Of a stretch of DNA of 64,000 bases, positions 25,572-37,291 are shown piece by piece (within the stretch, counting starts at the first letter, position 1; each line of letters begins with the position of its first letter). Below the pieces are notes generated by a model, which had not been told where the DNA came from, did not search any database, and saw nothing but the letters and a program-made list of their open reading frames with translations. The DNA is from Phoronis australis (taxonomy: Eukaryota; Animalia; Phoronida), in assembly GCA_002633005.1 (NCBI GenBank), contig NMRA01000179.1, positions 70,254-134,253 of the forward strand, written 5' to 3'. Position numbers and translations under genes: made by a program.

Positions 25572-28500
25572 AATATAGTTTGGAAAGCTGCAGCTGATTC
25601 AGTGTGTTGATTACATCATATGTATTTGTGCATCAAGGATTGGTGTAATCAGTGTCATCTTTGTGCTTCCGAACATCGGAGTTTCCCCACAGCCTCATTG
25701 AACGTTTTTGAGCAGGTATTTCAAAGTCTTCTCATGGTAGATTTCGGATGTATTGAGTAATCCTTGTTAGGATCTTCTAGTTTTGTTGAACTTAGGCAAA
25801 AATCAGGAAATTGATGATAGAACAAATTTTTGCTTTCACTTTTTGCTAGTTTTTGCCATGAAGATGTACAGTAGTTTTCAGAAAAAGATGAACAGACTTC
25901 AACAGAACTCTGTTAAACTACATTAAACTACAACAAAGTTCTTGTAAGAACTTTCTGACTGTTAAGTCAAACAAATGTCACAATAACATATCTTTTTGTC
26001 AAAATTTAGTTGAAGTTTAATGTGACCTTATTTTACCTGGCCACTAATTTTTTTGTGAACTGCCTTGCACAGTAGGTTGTCATGATTTCAACAACGTGCA
26101 GGGGGCAGCACCTATCAAAGGTTAGGCAGTATTAAAACAGTTTGTGTCTCGAAACTTTGTTGAATTTCGAGGTTGTCTGGTTTATTTTGAAAACTGATGC
26201 ATGGCTTGGTTTTTTTTTTTGAAATTACAGCAAACTGATTTTTCTCTTCATCTTTCATAAACTTCTGTTCTTCCATTGGTTGATCGTCTTGCCAATGTCC
26301 TGTAGCTATAGACACTATGTAGTAGCAGTTGATAGAACACATGACAGGTAGTCATGTTGTGCTCCAATAGAGGGCATGTATTCACACACCAGGTTGAGAA
26401 ACAATATTGGTATTATTATGTCAAGGAGCCTTGGCCCAAAGTACAACAACTGAAGTTCAATACATCAAAGCACATGATCTATCATGGTGTTCCACTGTCT
26501 CTTGTGTGAATATTTCCATATTTGATTTGAGGTTCGAGCATTGTAACTGATTGATTGCCTGTTTGTTGCTGTACAAAAGCGACATTAAGTATTTGTTAAA
26601 AACCAGAAGAGTCTTACATCACTGTAATAGGATGGTGTGTGATGTTCAATAGGCATAGTTAACGCATTATCAAGTTCGATTGCACAATCAGTTTCAGGCT
26701 GCATGTTTCATTGATAGACAAGCCTTGCTTCTTGGTGTTGATTGCTGTTAAATAACACTTGGTTATTCTTTAAGTCGCATTTGAGGGTGATAATAATTAC
26801 TTACAATAACAGTTGCAGATATACATTTTAGTCACATTTACTGACTGACGTAAGGCTAGGTGTCTCTTACGCAAAGTTTATTGAGTACATTCAAGCCAGT
26901 CGCACACAACTCATCAGGATTCATCTCATCTGAGCTCAACTATGGAGATGAGCTTTGTTGTGCATTGTGCTATGGTTGAGCAAAGTATTGCTACTTATGG
27001 TAAGACTATGCATGCTTTCAAAGGCAGAGAAGTATGCAAAAGCTTGAGACTAATATAAAACAAGTTTGGCAGAGTTTAACATTGGATATCAAATATGTTA
27101 CCTGTGTGTTCTATCCTGAAAAAGAAAGAACCGTGAATATCTACAAGACAGTGTTAACTCGCCTGATTTCTGAGCGTGAATTCGTTTGACAAACTCATTT
27201 ATCAAATCAAGACTCGCCATTGAAATACACGCGTGTCCCGGTCGTTTTGTCAGGAGACGTATTATATTGACCTATTAGTTGCGTAGTTCGGCCGTCTGGC
27301 AATTAATGTGGAGGTGTTTCCTTTTGAGCAGTCTCATTTATATGGGATGTTCGAGGTCAAAAGTCTCTCTAGAGAAGTCAATTGCCAGTTTAGATAATGA
27401 GCTGTTAGTTATGTTTTTGGTGTTGCAGTATTGAATTTGATCGGTGTTAGCATCTACATATGTTGTGCTGTTGCGTGGATGTTGCGTGGTGATTTTTATG
27501 ACATCAGCGAGAAGAGTGATCAGCCTCATTACATAATAATATTGATTACATAATAATATTGAAAGTGAAACCCCTGTGATGGCAGTATTGTACTGTACTG
27601 ACAGAGCTCAATCCCACTGGATCACTTCAGTGATTTGAGCATATTTAATTGGTGAAATTACTGGTCTTGATTTAGTGAATGTCTGGCAGACAACAGTGGA
27701 AAATTGGAGATTGGTAATGAAGTCACAAAAATACATTTGTTGTTTTGTTGAGCTGGTCAAAGTCACTAACTTCGAGAAATAATCTCATCCAATAGTAATT
27801 CCAAAAATGCATTTTTCATCCGTAAAACCGATAATGCCCCTTTTAAGTGGACTTGTAGTGGAAGAGACAGGTGTTCAAGACATGCTCTTGTTTGAACGAG
27901 TCGTATGCTTGATTTCGTGTAGGCAAATATGGCGTAAACAAACCAAAGTCATTGTTCGCATTGGTATGAAGTTTATGTATTAAAAACCTTCTATTTTAAC
28001 CATTGCGTTTGCTGATAATTTCTTTATGATAACTAAAAAGCTCCAGTCAAACATTGACAAATTTATGTAAAATCGGCATTAAATTAATGCGCTAACAGTA
28101 ATTTTTCATGAATTTTTGCACAAAAATAACTACAGTACCAAAATTGTCATTTTCCATTTTCAAAGGTTGACCCCTTTAAAGCAAATGATGGGAATTTACC
28201 ACAAGTTATTTTATGGCATCTGCATGTCCACGGTGCATGGTCCTGCTTGGTATAGACTTAACTTTTCTCAATCTTTATTTTTGTGGAGAAATTTGGCAAA
28301 ATAAAATGTCACTTGTTGACCATTTGGTGTGCTAAATATATGAAGAATTATCAATAGTTTTATGTTGCAAGTTACCCCAATAGAACAGGCAAAGGTACTC
28401 ATATTTTTCGCTATGTTAGCTACATGTAGGCCAGTGATGTCACTGAACTGTGCCGAGGCTGTAAGTTCAGATTGATATCGGCAGTCTTTTTTAAAGGTCA

Positions 28501-30053
28501 TAGACCCAGTTGTACCAACTGCCCCCACACAGTCAATTGAAGTGATTTGTCAAGATGACTGTCCAGTGTAAATATAGAGTATGGTCAAATTGATTTTATG
28601 TACAGTGTTTGGTTCATATCAAAAGGGTGCTTTTCCTTTTAGTCTGCTCCCAAGCAGGCTACGGCTTTCTGTCTTTTGGCTTGGAGTAAACACATTTTCA
28701 GACTTCAGCCTTGGCTTGGTTTCTTGACACAGGCTAAGTGATCCGTGTAGAGTCCTGAATTTTAGCCAAAAGTCAAATGGCATCAGGCTCTTCCAGAAAC
28801 AGTCCAAAGTTCTATAATTATTTTGTTGGAATCTTGTTGGGTAATTGGTAGATGACCTTGGCAGAAAAGTAGACAACTCAATACACAGACCACATGATCA
28901 CAGATGACTTCCTCCAGATTGCAAGTGCCGACACACGCAGTATTTATGTGTCCTTTATTGTTGAGTGACAGTATGCTGTCCATGTTCTTTGCCTGTTGTT
29001 TGTAGTGATGGGTTCCCAAGGGGGGGTCGCTCTAACTAGGGTACACTTTGATGTGTTGGGTGTTCACATGATTCTCTTTTGATGATACTCATTGTAATTC
29101 TTTGCCTATTGAACATGCAATGCAATGGCAGGGCAAGTGAAACTTGATTTCCAGAAATTTCTCATCAGAAATAAAGATTAATATGCAAATTATAGTCCCT
29201 TATTTGTTTAGTGTGTACTTTATAGATGCCATAAAACAACATTTGGTAAAATTTCCATTCCGTGCAGTAAGACAACCAACCTTTTGAAACATACAAACAT
29301 TACAATTTTGACTTATTTTTGTGTTAAATAACTCCACATACCCTGGTGTCAAGTGAATTGGTGAATGTACTTAGGTGCTTGTACAAAGGGATATTTTCAA
29401 CTAGCACTTTAGAAGTGTTATGGTAGCTAATGTCCTGTGGTGATTCAACATCACTCTTGCATTCCACTGAAACTACTTATTGATAAGGCACAAGAGGCAC
29501 AGGTATATTTTTCTTGTTCTTGGTATATTCAGTTTCAATTATTGTATCCTCTATTCTGTAACTTTTAGTAGATGCACAAGCAGTAAAACTGAGAAAACTT
29601 GAGTAAATCATGTTGTTCACTAGGTGTTTTGTAATCAGTTTATGATTATGTACATGTAATTAAGATTGTTCCTGGCTTTTTGTTGGTTTCAGGTCATTGT
29701 TGTATACTTGAAATTATTGTATGTGATTGAAGTTTGCTTGAATTCTTTGCCAGGTTTATTTTGACATTTGGGTTGCCCGTATTAGTTGCTATGTTTTTGT
29801 ACATATGTGCGGTATTTTAACTTAATATGTTTTTATGAATAAACATTCCATCTTTACAGATGTATTGTAGTTTTGTATGTCTACGTAAGGTGGCGTAATG
29901 CTTATACCAGAACCATACATTGTTTCCCAATGACCACGCGCTGACGTCAAGAGGTCGTGAGCCGTGTCTTCCAGAAATGGCAGATTGGATTTTTCATATG
30001 AAACTTTACAAACTATGCTTAATGCACTCGTCTTCAAAACACTTTAGAATAAA
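25572..30053 (+). other. Probable long KIF27 3' UTR with candidate poly(A) signals
   Basis: T-rich, CpG-poor character continues; AATAAA at 29170, 29838 and 30048 (variant ATTAAA at 25922 could end it earlier). Confidence 0.4.
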
Positions 30054-31992
30054 TAGTTTTCTATCCAATTGCTTTTAATTTTTTTTAAAAAACTCACAAA
30101 ACTTGCATAAAGAAAATGCTGTTTTAGAAAGCTGTAACAACTCTTTTTGAGATTTTATCTTAAATATTGACATCAAATGAAATTTTGCCGTGCTATTGCT
30201 ATGAAAAGAAAGCAGGCGTTTATAGGTCAAAAGGTCGGGCTCATTATACTGTCACCTGGTTATGGCTTATGAACGGCCTAAAAAGATATAAAGAACACCC
30301 GGCCCTTTATATCTTGCGGATGTGTGCTAGTGATTGAATGTTCTTGTGGATGATTTATGTTCGTGTGAATGAGTTTGCAGTGCGTATTCTATGATTTCGG
30401 TCGTGCGCATGATAATGCGGTTCGAAAAAATACGCCTAAAGCCCGACATGAGCTACAGTACGTGATGTTCCCAGCTCACGGTCTCGACTGTCAATATTTG
30501 CTTCATAATTCATAATGTCTTCGACTACTGGACCGTGAGGTTTGTCCCTCGCAAGGCGGTGAGGCGAATATCCACGTTATTTGCGTTGTTTTGCCTCGAG
30601 ACCCCAAATCCTCACTATAACGGTGTGCGGGCGAGGTGAGCTATGTGTTTTGCGAGTGTAATCTATTCTGTTGACTATTGCGCGTCGCTCATTGCCATCT
30701 ACAGGCTTGCTGTGCCATTAGTTGCCAATTAGACGTAGAGGTCCAAAAACACAGAATTTGCTGTGACAGTATCTAAAAATATCGCTTAACTTAAATTACA
30801 CTTGAGAAATGTCATCAAATTTTCAAGCTTGACATTTTCTCAAACGTTCTGTTTGCGTGATCTCAGCAGTTGTGACGCGTGAATTTCACATTTCGTTCCT
30901 CACAGACAACGTCACATGTGATGCTCCTGCTTGATGGAGATGCACTAAGCTCACTGTTGCATATGTATAATCAAAATATATCATCCAAGAGTACACGTGA
31001 AATGTCACGCCTGAACAATCGGGTGTTATTCTGCCCCTCACACCATGGCCATAAATGCTTGAATTTATGGCCATGGTTACCAACAACTTTGGTATAATAT
31101 TTTAAGCATTTCTTCTTCAATTTGTGTACTTTTAATTAATAAATAACATTAAAAAATAAAATATGTGTCTGACGTCATCAGGGGATCCGGTTTTTGCCAA
31201 ATACTCCTTCATAGTGCTACGAAAAGTAGCGCTGACAAAGTTGTTTAAGATGGCTTCTCATTGGTTAAAGTATTGAATCCGACGTCTGAACACTCAGTCA
31301 TTTTCATTGGTGGAAATCTGGGAAACCCTTTTCAGTTTACTGTTACGTAGTACGGTAACCACTTTTGACTTGAATAGTTGCATTGTTTAAAACAGGCAGT
31401 TATCGAAGTAGGGAAAAAAATCAAGCGAACCCCGATCCAGTGGCTTGAAGCCCAAACAAGCTACTGAGCATGAACGCATGTGTAAGAAGTAGCGATGTGA
31501 TAGGTATACTTCCGATCAAGGCGTGCGCATTGATGCTCACACACGGAATTCTGTGTGCCTTTCATCATGTTTCCCCAGGGCCACTTTTCAGTATAGGTGG
31601 CGCTGTGTCAGAGGGTAGTCTCTGCCGCTGTGTTGAGTCTACAGCAGCCGCGAGCCGTAGTCGGGTTTCGAAAACTAGTGAGGTCCATTGAGTATTATGA
31701 AAGTTGCATGCGCGGGGGGAACGTAGTTGTCAGGCACATACTGTAGTGAAATCAAGACTATCCGCAGACTGAGTAGGACGGATCCGACTCGGCTTCACTC
31801 GCCGGAGACGCCCCGGCAGTGCGGAGGCGTTCGAGGCCTCCTCAAGCACCGGCGCAAAGTCTGCCGATATGGCATTACCCGTTTCACCTATATGGCCTGA
31901 GTGTCGTCTTCAACCCCATCTCCATATACCTGTCTTCATAATTCTCGTCAAGCTCGTAGTCGCAACTTTCAAAATCATTACTACCGCCATAT

Positions 31993-32393
31993 CAGTGGCG
32001 GATCTAGGATATCACAAGGGGGGCCAACATTTTGTCTGGCTGTAAGCATTTNNNNNNNNNNNNNNNNNNNNNNNNNNNNNNNNNNNNNNNNNNNNNNNNN
32101 NNNNNNNNNNNNNNNNNNNNNNNNNNNNNNNNNNNNNNNNNACATCTTACCAACAGCTTCTGTTTTTTCATCGTCACTCAGATTCCATTTTCTTTAAAAA
32201 ATGAAGTAAATTTTCTTCATAGCACTGTGGAGCAGACGACGCAAACGGGGTCGTAGTGCGCAGCGCCACTGCCGGTCGCCTGGGATATCGCGGGAGAGCC
32301 TATACTTAGCCATAGTTCCGTTACGAATGCGCCGTGTTCCGAATTTGACACTTGAAATTGGATCTGAGCCCCCCCCCCCTAAATCCGCCTATG
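31993..32393 (+). mobile_element. TIR family A, copy 2
   Basis: CAGTGGCGGAT...ATCCGCCTATG, TSD CATAT; 32142-32370 closely matches 60769-61000; contains N gap. Confidence 0.85.
32052..32141. other. Assembly gap (N run)
   Basis: 90 N. Confidence 1.
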
Positions 32394-35300
32394 CATATAA
32401 TTGCATATGTTTAATATCAACTGGTCAACGTCTTCCACTGATGACATATATCCCATGGCGGGAAAACAAAGAAATAACTAATTTTTCTCTAAAATACAAA
32501 ATTCTCCAATTATTTTCCAAAATAAGTGCTTGTTTGGTTAAGATTCTTTGTCACAAAAGTATTACACACGGTCTAAAATCTCAAAAAGTACAAAAATCTA
32601 TTGTACGAAAGAGTCGGTACCTTAATTTCATTCTAATCAGTTTAAAATCTGAAATCGTGTTTTCTTTCAAAAATGTGGACTGGGGTGTGATGTTTGTAAA
32701 CCGTTGTCTTATCAAAATTATCATATTGTGACTCTTGGCCATAGATTTTTGAGCTTACGTAACACTGGCGAGTGAATGGTAGGAATGACCCGTCCCGTGG
32801 TTAGTTTGCGATGTTGAATAGACTTTTTGTGAAATACTACTTACATGTGACTCGAGCAATATATCCCACTTCTGTTGACGTCATGGTGCTAACCTGTTAC
32901 TACCCAAAAGGGGTCCTGCTGAGACTCCGTCAGTTGTTAGACCTCATGCCGGATACCACGCGCAGAACTACACAGACTACGGTTTTGTCTCGCTTCCCCC
33001 GGGTTCAGATGGAAAATCGACACGAATTGCGGGTTTACCGGCAAACCTGAGTGGGACAAGAGTAACCTTACGTACATAACGATCTATAGCCCCGCAAGTG
33101 GAAAACAGTCACGTGGTCTTACAAATCTCAGGTGACTTCCTTCTGAGCAGTAACTTAGTCTGGCAATATGACGCCGGCGAAGGAAATGGGACAAAAATCC
33201 ACCCTTGCTGGTTCCCTGCGTGCCGCTAGGTTGTAGCCAGCGTGCTGGGTCGAGCTACGCACATAGGGAACCAGCGAGAAATTCACCTTGCTTCTGGTCT
33301 CGCAAAATGTCCGATAGAAACAAGTAGGAAGCCTGGGGCATGTTTCGTACCTCAAAATGGCGCTAAAATTCCATTCTGTATCGCTGCAGACCCCTATCTA
33401 GTGACGATCCTGGGCCTGCGCTTGTCGCCTTGTAAGTTTGTAACCGCCCAATAGTCATCTCAATAAACCAACGAAAACTCTGATGCTATCATAACGCCCT
33501 CGTCTCGTCGTCGGGTCGAGTGTATTCAATGTGGTTGCCCTAGATAAAGCATATGTTCAATGTAGCAGGATCGGCCCTAGACGATATAGGCGGCAGATTA
33601 TCGCCGGGCCCGGCCCGCCACGGCCGGCACCACGAAAGAAGTAAAGATATGAATGCAATCTGTAGGGAAGGGGTCCAATGGCCGTGAGGACTGGTGATCT
33701 ATTTTGCAAAATAGCTGAGATACTGTCGATGTGTCACTCTTGCTCCTTATTAATACTAATTAGAGACAAATGTTGTCTACGGTGAAGGGAATCCGCTGTC
33801 AATTCTAGCTTTGAGCCCAATAGGATAGGACATTTCATTCTTGCTCAACCACGTGAACAGGAAAATTGCCACACGCAAAACAAAAAAACCCCTAAAAATG
33901 AATATGTTTAGCTTTTCAAAAACTTAAAAGCACGTCCTCAATAGATCATTTCATTGTATTAGTATCGGAGCACTTGGTCCGGCAATTTTGGATATTGTTG
34001 TTTTAGGTTTTTTAAATATAGAAGTATGATGGTATATTTAGATTGACCTCGAAGGTTGTTGTTCCCTCCCTCGCACAAGACTATTGTGTTTGATTTGCTC
34101 TGCCGTGTGTAAATGTCTAATCAAACCGTCTTTTCAATTAAGAAACTGTTATTTTTATTTGATGAGCTTGAAATGCAAATTCGCTTCAGTGATTTTAATT
34201 AATATTGTTGAAATGTCTAGTGACATGGTACGTGTAGCGTTTTGTTATTATTAAGTTTTAACTAAAAAGGAAGTGGCATAGTCTTTGCCCAATGCCATGG
34301 CAACGTCGCTAAGCCGCGAGGGTTGTGGGCTGAATTCTGCCGAAAAACAATGGTTCATTGATTAAAAGTTCCGTAATCGAAATTCGATAGATGAACATCC
34401 ATATGGAACATGTAACACGTTGAAAAAGAGTTTTTTCCCCGAGCCAATAAGATGACGAGATTTTCGGACAAGATAAAAATCCCCAAAGTAGGCCTCACTG
34501 GTGTTTGCATAACCTACAGACAAAAAGCAACGAGGACTCCTCTTTCACAGCGCCACCTCTGGGGGAGCCTGGGTAAGAATGTAGTTATTGTGTTATCAAT
34601 TCCCCGCAGTTAGAAACAAACATCACGCCTAAGGACCGTTTTATTAAAGGCAGTACTCGTACGTCTGCAGGTCATAGCAAAACCGTTATAGGCGTGTTCT
34701 TGCTGCTGCGGTGCTAGCGTTTAGCGTTTATATTTTCTTATTCAGGAACTTTGAAAAATGTTCTGACTTTCGAACTTTGGAACACAATATCTCAGAAACT
34801 GCAGATCGGGTTAATATGAAAATTACATGTACTATGCTTTATGCATTTTTCTCCACCACGTTGTTAAGATTGCTTTTATGTTGGGACACTTGTCTGCACG
34901 AGTACATGTGACTACGGAAATATCACTTGTATGAAAACAATGGAAAGATGCATAATAAACTGAAACAGCGTTTTGAGATTTCATCCCAAACATTTTGTCA
35001 CGCCAAACTTTGTCATTTAATTTTGCTATCAATGTACGTTTCCTTTTTGCTAAATTCTACTAAAAATATATGGTATGTTACCCAGTTAATTGGTGAAGCC
35101 AAAAATCCAATTCTTCAACTTTCTAGTTTCAGAAAATATTTACTATTACTGGGTTCAAATCTAGTTTTGTAAATATTTGGCTAAGCACACTGGAACCCGT
35201 CCGTAAGGCCGTATCAAGTTTTAACGACCGCTTCCGTCCGCAAACCACGTTAACGGACTGTCTGCAAGCAAAGACCAGGCTTACGACCCGCTAAGACGGG

Positions 35301-35839
35301 CCTCAAATTTTTACAAGAATAAATAGAATATCAGAAGTCATGCATGATAATCTGGGAAAACAACAAGAAAATCCGTTGCAGAGAATGGGTTTATTATCAA
35401 CAAATATTCCTTTTCAAAATATAGTTAATCATCTATAAAATCAAACACAATGGGACAGCGCCTGGTTACACAATTGGTGTTCTTAAATACGGAATAATTT
35501 ACAATCATATCTGACCACATATACATATATTTTTATAAGTTAAAGTTCTCACATAACATTTAATAAATAGGGTGATTATCACATAAATCTGGCCAAGAAA
35601 CAAGTAAAGCCGATAGTACAATATCAGAATTCATTGACAAAAGACACTGTCTATTTATAACTTGACAACATCCGGGCGTACGGATGTTTACCTATGATCA
35701 TCCAGTTGCACAATTTTTGGTTAGTGTGAACAGTGGTGGGGTGTTCTTCCAACTTTGAAGCGGAGACATGCTGAGACCACGTGACCACTGGATCAACAGG
35801 TCCTTTGAGAGGATCCAATAATAAATTATTGATGGATAT

Positions 35840-36785
35840 TTTATTTGGAACTGTGAAATGCACATGGCGTTTTCCAGGTGCATGCCAGATGGAACGAACG
35901 CGCAGGCTTCTGGAAGCAACAGGGCGGAAATAAGTTAAAACTGCTCGTTGTCAAAAGTCACGTGGTTAAGCGATATCATGGTCAAACCAACAGCTATTTC
36001 ATAAGCCCTCTGAGGACAATCTACAATTGTTTAATGATTAGCAACAAGTAATATTATCACCTGTATAATATTTTAATGTAACTCAACCAAATTAATCATT
36101 CAGGAAGGACATTATTCCACTTGTATGTTTGTTATATTTTCATGATTTCAAGCCAGCACAATGCAGTAGTTCGACTAAGATGATGGTATTTCAAGCTGTC
36201 TCGCACCATTGTTCAAACGTCTGAAAGAGTACGTAACGTGAGCTACTTCGTACGTACTTTGGCTTTAACGCGATATAAAACCATTAACGAAGGGTGTGGT
36301 CGGGGAACGAGGCAGCTTTTGGACGAGGTATCCTATTTCTTTCCATTCATTTTGATTTCTTTTCCATACACGGTGTAAATCGGCCACACGTAATCTGTCG
36401 CGAGTCAGGTCGCGTGCAAGACGCAACGGATCACTAGTATTTTCTCACGGACACTGCGTTATTGTCTCCGACTTCTGAACTTGTGATACGGAATCATTCT
36501 TATTTTGGAATCAGTGCCCTCGACGACTGTTTTTCACATTAGGAACCGATAGCGAAAACGCTTTATGGGATCGTTGCTTTGTCAATTAGTCTGCAGCATG
36601 TGAACGGTAAGATGACGCGGCGATTTGCAAGGCAGAAATTATCTATTGTGCGGCACAGCGCATGCTATCCTGAAGTCGTATCTGTCTGATTTGATTACTT
36701 TTAAAAAAATTCCAATAACTTCATAGCTCCATGAACAACGTTTGATATCCAAAAGACTCTGCTTCATTGAGAAGGTCGAACAAAC
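35840..36785 (-). other. Probable 3' UTR exon of the neuropeptide gene
   Basis: Strong acceptor attttattttttcag at 36786-36800 pairs with the donor at 37142; AATAAA (minus) at 35840-35845. Confidence 0.5.
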
Positions 36786-37157
36786 CTGAAAAAATAAAAT
36801 GTTCCGTGAACGTTACGCGTATAAACACGGCTTGTCGTAAAAACAAAAACACACATATGCGGAGCAGCTTAGGCGAGGTCACTGAGTGCATTATGTGCCT
36901 CACTAGATAGTACACGTACAAGTGCACGATTGTGTGTTTGATGAATTGATCAATGTGAGTTTTAAAAAGGTCTGTCGCTTGTTGTGCATCACTAAATCAC
37001 AGGCAAACTTGCATGCTTTTTTCTGCTCTAGTCAGGCTCCGTTGACCCTCATAGCAAGAGAGTACTTATATCATTCTTCTTGAGCAAAGGTTTAAACTAG
37101 CTTTGTTGCAGTGAACATGAAAAAGGTGCGTGAAATGTTTACCTGTGGCAATCAATT

Positions 37158-37291
37158 CTAACCGGCTTGTAATAGGTTAGCTAAATCGGAAATAGTCAAA
37201 CTGCCCATGACGAGCCTGTTGCCACGATTCCGACTTCGCGCTCTCTCCAACGTGCTGATGGCAAAATCGATGTTGTCTAAGCCGGCTATAC
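37158..37291 (-). CDS. Neuropeptide precursor, second coding exon: CRH/DH44-like (or PDF-type) amidated peptide
   Basis: Strong acceptor ctcccttctttccag; phase 1 joins A|GT=Ser giving SIAGLDNIDFAISTLERARSRNRGNRLVMGSLTISDLANLLQAG*. Gly immediately before the stop is an amidation signal. The exon continues to a CAG|GTAAAC donor at 37143. Confidence 0.78.

Noticed and set aside
29148-29170. Hammerhead ribozyme core (CTGATGA...GAAA on the minus strand)
   Set aside because: Stem II does not close properly and no stems I/III were found.
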